This document shows, one piece after another, positions 22,791 through 33,000 of a DNA stretch of 33,000 bases. The position numbers and the translations under genes are program-made. The stretch is taken from NCBI GenBank assembly GCA_011109175.1, contig RDEW01000027.1:581827-614826 (forward strand), given 5' to 3'. The notes beneath the pieces were generated by a model, which had not been told where the DNA came from, searched no databases, and saw only the letters and a program-made list of their open reading frames with translations. Numbering within the stretch: position 1 is the stretch's first letter; every line of letters begins with the position of its first letter. This stretch comes from Dicyema japonicum (taxonomy: Eukaryota; Animalia; Dicyemida).

Positions 22791-22991
22791 GATTTTTTGT
22801 TTTAAAAATTTTTTTTTTAATAAATTTTAAATTAATTTTTAAAATTAAGAATAAACTTTCTACATTCAATTAACATGAATTTTGAAATCTCTGGTAATTC
22901 GCGTTTGCTACTTAAATTGTCTAAATAAATATTATACGCACATATGACTGTAATCGGCTATAATAAGAGACTTTTAGACTGATTCAGAGTG

Positions 22992-24801
22992 ATGGGAGAA
23001 ATGACATGCAAGTCTATTTTACGAAAGAAGCGTATTCCCCCGATTTTTAGCAAGTCGGTCTCCTTTGAAGATAAATACAAGCCATTTTCTTCACTAAATG
23101 ACCTAGAATTCAAGTATGCCTGATCTTTACACAAAGAATGTACAAATATGCCATAGAGGATAATAGCTCAAAGTTAGAAGCTTTGATCAGTCGGTATGGC
23201 CATGCAAATTATCTCTTCCCCAGCGGCTACTCCCTGCTCCACGTGTCAGCCTCCCATGGTTGGTCTAATAATAGTTAATCAATTCTTCTTGTAGGCTCAC
23301 TTGAAACCGTAGAAATGCTGATCAACCATAATGCGGAGGTTGACCCTTCTGGGTCCAATTTTACGCCACTTTTCTTTGCCATTTCCAACGGCTTCCATTG
23401 CGTTGTGAGGACACTGATCACCAATGGAGCCAGGAATTACGACTTAAGCCATTATGGGGATCGTGCCCTCGGTCTCGCTACAAAATGTGCCAACTATGAG
23501 ATCATATCGCTGATTTTGGAGACCAACTTCGACCATGTGGGCTCATCTGGTATTTTGGGGGAATAAATTTCAGATATTCTAGGAAATACTCCCCTCCACC
23601 AGGCAGTCACCCTGGGGGACTCAAAAATTGTAGAAATTCTGCTGAAATTCGGGGCTTCCCTCAATTCCTACAATCGTGAAGGTCTGTTATTGCTAACTCC
23701 AAAGGATTGGATCCATTTGATGTCCTGGCCCGTTGTCCCTATCATATTGAATTAATCGATGTTCTAATTTCCCAAGGTTTCAATTTAAGGCACAGAAACA
23801 AGAATTCTTTGAGTCCCTTGCAGGTTCTACTTCGAAACCTGACTCCCAGATTTCCATAAGGAACCAAAACCTTCCCCTCTTGCACACTTTGATCGTCAAG
23901 GGTGCCACAGTCGAGAACTCTCTCCTTTCCTTTGCCATATCACAGAAGCACACGTCGAACGACATCATCAATTATTTGCTAGAACGCGGGACTTGTTTGG
24001 ATGCTTCATTCGGTCCCCATATTGGCGGTAGAAACTTTAGTTTTGCTACTCCTCTCAGCTTCGCCTGTATTACCGGAAATATCGACCTAATGGAGCTCTT
24101 TATGAAGCACAATTTCAACATTTACAAGAATTACTGGGATTACGACAGCCTTCTCAGTTACTTTCTGGACAAATCGGATGTTTTCACGTTTCCCTTGACT
24201 TCCTACAAAATCCGTCTCTGTGGGGACAACAAGGAATGTCTGTTCAACCTGTATATAGAACTTCATCCTTATTGCCGGTATTCTGATATCCCTTAGTTTA
24301 CAGAATTTTGGCTTGTCTGTTGAAGAGAGGCTTTTTGGTGACGAGAACTGACAATTATGTGACCCCCCTGATTTACTGCTGTAAGAAACCGATCGAGCAT
24401 TTGAGTCAGTTGGCCGCGATTTTCATGCTAATTCAAGCTGGAAGTGATTTGTCTGCAAAGGACTCGGATGACTATTCTGCCTTGCACTATCTCTGCCACC
24501 AAACAAAGGGGAACTTGCCGCTGACTAAAGCGCTATACAGCTCCTGCTATCCGCCATCCTGTTTTTTGACGACTCTGACAAAAAGCTGGTCAAAAGGATG
24601 TTCCCTTCCCTCACCATTTTCGATAGTCCGGTAAAACTGAAGGAATTTGCGAGATTTAGTTTGATTCGGTCTTTGGGGCCGGCACCCCATATTCAAGTCG
24701 AAAACTTGCCTGTTAGCGATAAAGCTAAGAATTATCTCCTTTTCGAGGATTTGAAGGCTTTGATAGTCAAATCTTTGGTAAAATCACGCTTTTTTAATTA
24801 A
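22992..24801 (+). CDS. Ankyrin repeat and SOCS box (ASB-like) protein, multi-exon
   Basis: Ankyrin motifs GYSLLHVSA, FTPLFFAI, GNTPLHQAV, ATPLSFAC, YSALHYLC. C-terminal SOCS box SPVKLKEFARFSLIRSL...VENLPVSDKAKNYLLF. Confidence 0.85.
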
Positions 24802-27800
24802 AATAAATTTTACGTTTTAATGAGCAGGACATGCAGCTAGCTGATGATTCTATACTAAGTAGTAAAGGAATGGGGGCAATTATTTGTAGTTGATTCAGTT
24901 TATTCTTTTCAAAGTTAATCTGCGGCTTTGGGACCTGAGAGGGAGAAATGACAGGGGCTGACGGACAGTGTGCATGGTCCCAGCATTATGGAGTTCGTTG
25001 AAACTACGGACTAAGTATTGATATCCATAAGTCAAATAAGTTTTGTAAACTTTAATGTTCAAGTTATGCAAGGAAAATCATAATCGAGTGAGCATTAGTG
25101 ACCTCATTTATCCTAGAGTCGGTATATGAAATGAGAAAATCAGATATTTTACAGTAGCACCTGTGAAATAGTAATAAAAATGATAGACCTGTCAGTTTGA
25201 AATGTTTATTAGATTCAATAAAAAACTTTTTTAGAAAATTCGTGAGTTTATAGAAAATTTAGCAGGATTTTTTCTAATAACAGACTTAACCTTTTCAATG
25301 ACCTTCCTGATTGAACAAGGCATAACAGTTGACACATTAGTATTTTATTCATAAACTCGAAAAAATTAAAAAAAATAAAAATCAATAAAAATTTTGACTC
25401 TATTGACCTAAAAATTAAATTTTTATAAGTTTTAAACAATTTTAAAGAACATGAATTTTTGACTTTATTAACAAAAATTGCCCTAGGTTGTATCATGGTG
25501 AGTGATGATACTCAGAGGATTACTCAGTTTAGGAGTTCCCAATGAAGAACAGAGTGGAGAACTTTTAGTCGATTACGTCCACCTCTCGTTGAAATAAGTA
25601 ATTTAATAGTGCATTTGTAATTCATCGTCTTCAACAGTGGAGACCTCATCAAGTGATTAAATATACTTGTGTTTGTTCTTATATTTTATACTAAACGTCG
25701 TGGAATCCTCAGAAGTCACCTATTACCACAAGAACTATTCAACTCGAATTGCCGACTCTCTAGAATGACGGTGGTTTCATCAGCAGCTAGGAGAGGTCTA
25801 CCAACATAATCGTTAACCAATTAAAAATACCAATAATATTCCAATCAAATATTCTGAAAATAAACCAGAAAATATTACAAAGTATCGACCCCGAAGTGCC
25901 GGTAGAAATCTGTCCGAAAATAAAAGCTGTCCATTCCGATTGAAAGTTCGATGCAATGATGCCTCCTGGTTGACGAGTGACCCCGTCATCATTGATTACC
26001 TACTGTGGAACTGAATTGTCTACTCAAAGTTGAACGCAACCAAAATGAAAAAGACGTCACTTTTGTCCTCTTCCTACGATTAATTATCTTTCCTTTGTAA
26101 ATAAAGAGCGTGTCCTGTCTAAGTGGAGGTTCAGTATCGGAGATTACGCCTTTACAAAAAGATCAGTAATAAATTATAATCTAAAAAAACAACTATAGAA
26201 TGCTTTAGTTGGCTTGCGCTCTAACGACCGTAGCTGAGCTGCTCAGTTATGCTGCATAAACTTAGTGGCCGTAAACGTACCTCTTGATTTCCTACTTACT
26301 GCTAATCAGTCTCCCATAACAGAAATGTTCATTCTGGCTTCATGACTGAAATAGAAAACCTGATACTCTTTTATCTGATAGAGGTAGAAACATCAGTCTT
26401 TAATGTACAAAACGAGGTTCTCACATTCATTATTTCTCATTAAAGAAGAATGATGATGATAACGTAAGGACTCTGGAGGAGAATCGTAAATTCCTTTCAA
26501 CTCCTGTAAGGAGTACTGGAGTATGTGCAACTAGAGAAACTTTAAAAAAAAGTCATCTTCATTCACTTGTCCCATGCAAGCTTTAATTTATCTGTGTATG
26601 AGTTAAGTATCTGATTGCACGAAAAGACGGCCTTTCAAATGTGATTCATATTTCTCGTGATTAAAATTATAAAGACGGTAATAGAAAGCTGTAGTGTGAA
26701 CATCCTTGCAAAAAGTAATACAGGAGGTTGATAAAATGGTCTTTAATTTCCCTCAAAGACTAACACAAATTTGCCTCTTCTTTATATTATTACCTATACT
26801 GCAGTATCTTTCCACAATCCAAAAGTATAATATTAAAAAAATCACAATAACGAGTATATAATTCATTAATTATATATTTGTCAAAATTTTTTTTTAAAAT
26901 GGTCAACCACCAACAATAAAATTTATTACACGCGGTTTTTATGGTCGTTTCTTGTGGATTTTTGTATGTAGTTTTCATCAGCATTACATCATTATTGAAA
27001 TTACAAGATGCATCATACTTTATTAAATTAATCTTTGATTTATCAATTCGTTATGTTGCTTTTAATTATAAAGAAATTGTGTTAATGTCGACTTTATATT
27101 TTATACTATTTTTATTGGAAGTCTAATATTGACATAAATTATGCAGGTACCGACTCTATTAAGTGACCCCAGTGTCTCCATCTGTTCTTGCTTTGCCTGG
27201 AATCATTCATGAGTGTCCTAAAGTGAGAAGGTATCCATTCAAATTTGCCAGCATACTTCTGATAGGCAAGAATCTCCTCTTATTGTATTCCTCAAAGATG
27301 AGGAAGATGTGATTCTGTCAAGTTTAGATAGGATTAGCAGGGTTCTGTATGACTCGTAGATGTTTTGAGTGGATTGTTGGACGTATCGTCGACTTTATTG
27401 CTAATTAATGTTATCTATTATGGATTACACGATCATATCAGCAACCTCTTAATTCGTGTGAAATTGCAACTTATAAACTATTAATATAAAAAACAAAGAA
27501 TTAGAGTTATTGGACTGCAACCCTGTTTTTTCGAACTATAAAGAGGAGGTGTCATAGCTTCCTGATGTTTATTCTAATTAGTCTCATCTGTTTATCCGTT
27601 TATTCGAAATATTATCGTCAGTTTATGTGTTTATTTGAAATATCAGGTTTGTCTAATTTACGCAAACTTTAAACATTTTCTCGATCTGCGCAAATCTTCC
27701 TTAACATTCAAAAATATTCATTTAACCATACAAAACATGGGAAACTTTTTCCAAGCTCTTTAGTAAAAGCATTATGGTCGCTAATATTGGAGAACTAAAT

Positions 27801-28229
27801 TGTGCAAAGCGGGATTTTCTCTGACTAATTCGAGCTTTACGCGAAATTTCCAAATTGGCCAGAATGTTAAAACAATGAATCTTTCCAAACGCGGGATTAG
27901 TGATCTCAAGAGACGCCATTAGTGAGTCAGTCATATCCACTTCTGGGAAGTTGCCTCCAGAGAAGACTTTTCATCACTTCGATTGGGAGTATCTTTAGTG
28001 TTCTCAACAGCTCTTTTCCAAGGACTTTCCAACACTTTTCTTCTCAATTCATGTGAGACTCGTATTCCACTAAAAATTCATCATTCTCTTATTATGTCAG
28101 CTGATTCTCCACCAGCAACTTTTCTTCTGAAATCAAAAAATAACTTTAAATTTTTTATTTCTGATGTTTTATTCTACCTTCATATTTCAAAAAATTATAA
28201 AGTTAAAAAGTTTTTTTTAATAAAATAAT

Positions 28230-30890
28230 TTTTACAAAGAACAAATGTTAGTGAGGAAGCCGGCTGCGTGGATTGCCCTAGGGTGCGCTTTAAAACCGCT
28301 GTAGACCTGGAGCATTCCCGTAGCTTTCTCTCTTCGTATTTTGATGTCCTCTTTAAACGATTCTTTTTTGTTAATGCATACTCCAAGTATATCAGGTTTT
28401 TCGGAAATTCAACATATTGATTCCTCCTATTTCTCGCTATCCAAGTTACAGAACTTTATTCTCTTGATAATGTCAATCCATTATTCCGACACCAATCTTC
28501 GATTTTCAACATATGAGCTACTGTTCTTTTCCATGATATTGATTTATTCATACTAGTGTCCAAAATTAGAATGTCGTCTGCATAAATTATGATTTTGGTA
28601 TTGATGTGTTCCGGTTTTGGCACCTCGCTCATTATACAGTTGAAGAGGAGGGGACTCAAAATTGAACCTTATGGAACACCTCTACTTAGTTTTATCTTTT
28701 TAGAGAGCATATTTCCCACACGAATATTATACTCTCTTCCCATAAGGAAGTCTCTAATCTACATGAGCGCCGACTTTCCAATGTTCGCCATTGACAATGT
28801 CTCGAAAAGTCCTTCATGCCAGACACTGTCAAAAGCCTTGGATATGTCCAAACACGTAACAGTAAGGTATTCTTTCTTACTTATAGATTCTTGAATTGAC
28901 TTCCTAAGCTCCCGGATGCAGTCTGCAGTTCCTCTATTTTTACGGAACCCCCACTGATTGTTTGCAAGAAAATTGTTTTCCTCAACCACTTTTGATAATC
29001 TATTGAAGACAATTTTTTCCATAATTTTTGAAGTTGAATTGACATTATTAAGGTTGTTCTTTCAGCAGATATAGGCTCCTCCTTATTTCCAAAGTTTGTG
29101 GAAGATGGTCGCTTCCAATATCTTGCTCCACATATGGGTGCTCAAAAATTTTGCTCAGATTCTGAGGCATCACAAAAACTCCGAGCTTGTCCCCACTACT
29201 TGGTGCAAGGTGATTAATTTCGACTGAGGTTAAAATTCTTTAACTCTCCAGACTTCATCCATTTTACAAGGCATTTTCCATCTTGATTGGTTGCTACACA
29301 ACCATAGTCAGTATGTTTAGCGTTCATGTCTCCAACAAGGATTGGATATTTATTGTTTTCCATAAATTTGTCAACAATCCATGGATACTCTCGTAGTTTT
29401 TTAGAATAGATTCCTCGATAGTTATCCATCCATGGTTGTTTGTAGTGAGTGCTTGCCTAGTTCACAAAGATTTTCTTCATTGATCGTGGGTAGTCTTGTA
29501 TTTAAATAAGTTTTGTAGTAAATTGAAGTTCCAGCACAAGAACCAGTCTTCCAAAAAATCGTATCCATCAATTTTAAATGGTCTTTTCTTCAATATAGTT
29601 TCGTTTATAATTAGAACATCCATCTGGATCGTGCTGGCTAGAGCAACCAGCACTGAGGCCCTTTCCTAAGAGAACGGGCATTAATCAGGGTTATCCTGAC
29701 TACTTCTGGTTTTTTTGGTGGCTGCCCTTTCTTCTTAAGAGCGCAACCAAATCTAGTAAAAATTTAGAATCCTTTTTTATTATTCTCATATCTTTAATGC
29801 TTCTTTTCAACATGTCAAAAATCGAGTTGGAAGCTACTACTTCTTCATTTTCAGACAAGATGTTTGAGTGAGTCTCGACAGTCTGTGTAGCAACTCCAAA
29901 AGTCACTTTTCTAACAGGTGCTTCCGCCTGGTCACTCTCATCAAGACTGCTTGTCTGTGTTGAAGCTTCTACTGTTTCTTTTTTAGGTTTCTTATTATAT
30001 GTGGTATTCCAGCCAGTCTGCTCATACATTCTAAACTCTGACTTAAATTTCTTATTCGTTCCAATTTTGGAAACTTCACTTACTCCATTATGGGCATTTT
30101 CTCGTTTTAAAGATAATTTTCCATTCGATTCTTTCCTTTTTTGGTCAATTTTGTTTTTCTTCGCTATGTTAGCTTCAACAGCCTTGGGGCATCCTCCATA
30201 ATTGGCAAAGTGGCTGGATGAACCACAATTCACACACGACTTATTATTGTTTGTAACCGGACACTGCGATCTTCTATGTGGCCCAGAACAAACAAGGCAT
30301 CTTTCAACATTTTTGCAAAAACGAGCAATTTGGCCAAACTGTTGACAACGAAAACATTGGATCTCTGGTTTATTGAACCATTCAGCTTTTATCTTCAGAT
30401 ATCCAATTATCAGTCCAAATCTTACAAGAGATTCAGCCTCATTTCTGTCCGATATTGTAAGTTTGGCAACAGATAGTCTGATGCCCTGCTTTTCAAATCT
30501 TTCAACCGTAAATTTTTCTCCCAATATCGTTCCAAGGTATTCTTCCAACTCACTGGTTTCAATCCACGTCGGAAGACCTTTGAGTATACCTACTGAGGGT
30601 CTCGTCGTAGCTTTTTGTAATGAATGTCTATTAACTCAAAAAGGTTTTCTTTCTTTTAGTTGATTCTGGAAACCTTCCAAATCACTTGTAGTTTTAAAGT
30701 TCAGGAGAAATTCTCCTGTGCGATATTCGAGCCACCTTGAGAGAATCAATACTACATTGAGTAAAGAATATTCGGAGTGCACCCATTGCGGAGTTTTTTA
30801 CTTCTAGGATAGCAGTAACACTGACTTCCTTCTCAAAGTTTGTAAACATATCTGAAAATATTCTCGTATTACTCATAGACCAAACTCAAT
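28230..30890 (-). mobile_element. I/Jockey-group LINE: ORF1 with three CCHC knuckles, ORF2 APE and RT remnants; internally deleted and frameshifted
   Basis: ORF1 CFRCQQFGQIARFC / CLVCSGPH...C / CVNCGSSSH...C. APE GDMNAKH. RT QWGFRKNRGT, LDISKAFDSVWH, LSPLLFN, YADD. Confidence 0.9.
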
Positions 30891-30919
30891 ATAGTGCAAC
30901 AACAAACAACAACGATTTA

Positions 30920-31500
30920 TTGACAAGAGTTAAGGAGATTTCTGGAGGGTATTACATCTGAGTCCTACCATAAGGCTTGGACTCCACACCTGGACCCTTC
31001 CTCCTATTTTATTATTAATCTTTTTCGGAACGTTTCTCCCAGCTTTTTAATCATTATTCTTCCAGCTTCATGTATGTGTCCTGGACCTTTGATCTCCTCC
31101 TGAAACCATTGATCCGATCTTCCACAATCTTGCTAATCGGTTCCATGACTTTGTTTTCGTCGTTTAGACAGTCTTTCAGTTTCTTTTTTAAAGAGAGCTT
31201 AATTACAGCTCTTCTAGTCTTCTCTAGGAGGGATAGGATCTTGTCCCTCTTCAGAGAGAAGAACCACCCCTCGCACCCATAAAGTAGGCTAGGGAGAATG
31301 ACTCCCTTGAAGATAAACAGGTAAGTGTCACGACTAACGTGTAACTTCCGTGTACATAGGAGCGACTGAAAGGCTCTCTTTCTCCTCCCCTATATGTCGT
31401 CCATGTAATCTCCTGCGTGTCCATAGTCGACCCCCAGGCAGCGCAGACTGTGTGAATTGTTTCGAATTTTTCAACCTTAGACATCTCCCACGTTAACGTC
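30920..31500 (-). mobile_element. RTE-like LINE 3' remnant
   Basis: A minus-strand frame reads FKGVILPSLLYGCEGW, the post-RT YG.E.W motif of RTE-type elements. Confidence 0.6.
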
Positions 31501-32162
31501 CTTTCAAGAAAAGATCAACACATTTGGTGATCATGAAAATTTTCAGTAGCCTTCTCATTGTCTCTCAAAGTTTTTTTTCGTGAGTCAAGCACTTTCTGAC
31601 AAATGCTGACGTTGCATAGCTACGAGTCCGTTTTCATTACAAGGTCTCAGGGTGCTGTTGGATCAGTCACATAACCGTTTTGATAAAAGTGGATTGAAAA
31701 CCTTTAATATTCCATAATTTTATTTTCACCAATTTTACTTTAATTGGATAATCCATGATGGCAAAGCTTCAGAAGGAAGAGAAGCGTCGAATACACGAAG
31801 ACTCAGGTTCGGAATAACCTCGACAGGCATTCCCCTTCATTCACTCCCCAGTCGCTTCTAATGAAGTAAACCGATGCCTAAAAAATAAGCAACAATCAAT
31901 AACAGACAATACCAGGAAATCAAACATACTTATCAGTGAGTCAAAGGTGAACCAAGAAAAGAGGTGACTAACCACGTGTTCATCTAGAAAGCATGAGGTC
32001 CAAAACGACAAAACTAATCGTCCTATTCCAGTAAAGCCGTATAGCGATCGCCGTGAAGGACTGCTAGTAAACACGAACTGTCCGTGGAATATCCACTGTC
32101 TACTAAAAATGTGTGCACGTAGACAAATAAAAAAATTAAATAAACATCATTAAAATCAAATT

Positions 32163-32985
32163 CTATCTAAGAAAAGCTCCAGTTGTTTTACCATGGGAGA
32201 ACTTACTACCAAACGAATTATTGGAGGAAACTAAAGCTCATTAACAAAAAAACCAAAGGGAGACCGCTGTCCCGTGAACTTTTGCAAATCCTTAGAAGGA
32301 TCGAACATCTCCCGTTCCTCCTCTTCCTTTGGTTTTGCCATTTTCTTCCGTTTTTGGTGCAATTCAAACAGAGACTTCTCCGAGTTGTGCTTCTACAAAA
32401 TGACCCCACCGAGAACATTATATTCCCCCATCATTTTCCACATCTTCTCGTCATACTCTTCGGCCTCCTGCTGCATCGCCTTCCTCTCTATCTCGCTCAT
32501 CCTCTAAGAACTATCGAACCGTCGAAATACAGGCTTCTTTGGTTCTGAGAACATTCGTCCAGAAATGCTAGTCCACAGAGAACGACTGTTTTCCTCGTCG
32601 GGAGAGAGTTTCTTTTTTCGGACACGGAAAATCCGCAGCTTGACTTCAAACAGTCAGGAAGATCTGTCATCCACTCTTCTCTACACTGCCGTGTATTCTC
32701 GGGCTTTTTTATAATGTCATGTGTACTTTATGATTCAAATCGGGGGGATCACTACCATCGATTGATTCTGTAAGATCATTGGCACAATTGGACTGGGATG
32801 GCACCTCTTCTCCTGGAGGAAAAGGACCTATTATGGGACCTTCAGTATGTGATATTTCAGTATGGGTGATGGGAGGTAATGAGGGACCGTAAAAATCGTC
32901 ATCGTCAGAGCTTTCGACTAGATTAATAGACTGATCAAAATATACTAAGGTTTGATGGTAATTCAGGACCATATTTGTTATCCAT
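32163..32985 (-). CDS. GPALPP1: GPALPP motifs-containing protein 1 (DUF3752), multi-exon
   Basis: MDNKYGPELP...YGPSLPP...IIGPFPP...REEWMTDLP...RSLWT...EYN...KSLFELHQK...ER.MFDPSKDL...KFSHGK...FLR*(TAG). One homopolymer indel at 32613-32618. Confidence 0.85.
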
Positions 32986-33000
32986 AACAAAAGTCACAAC

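Noticed and set aside
27722-27940. MULE-like transposase fragment
   Set aside because: Only a vague TD...CF spacing, with no diagnostic motif or TIR.
93-32548. Numerous short ORFs in the track antisense or out of frame to real genes (e.g. 16442-16666, 18704-19072, 21134-21574, 32183-32548)
   Set aside because: They are shadows of spliced genes or TEs on the opposite strand, or AT-rich noise, with no recognisable motifs.
32549-32586. 19-nt intron in GPALPP1
   Set aside because: A one-base homopolymer correction at 32613-32618 gives the conserved RSLWT motif without this intron.

Overview
AT-rich eukaryotic (animal-like) nuclear DNA, not prokaryotic. Host genes are split by many ultra-short GT-AG introns (mostly 21-29 nt) with almost no 5' splice-site consensus, plus a few longer, extremely AT-rich introns. 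This architecture is known from dicyemid mesozoans (taxon is my inference). Genes reconstructed by manual splicing: 3' end of a secretin/adhesion-type 7TM receptor, a divergent MDH2-type malate dehydrogenase, eIF3d, MRPL14, V-ATPase subunits F and a, MTO1/GidA, an ankyrin-repeat SOCS-box protein and GPALPP1. Between them lie decayed mobile elements: CRE-like RLE retrotransposons (one with an N-terminal PHD finger), RTE-like and I/Jockey-like LINEs, and hAT Buster/Charlie remnants. The top lead is a ~230-nt, GC-richer, strand-specifically folding RNA candidate in the largest MTO1 intron, with a pairing order resembling RNase MRP/P. The assembly has single-N joins and recurrent homopolymer indels, so frameshifts should be treated with caution.
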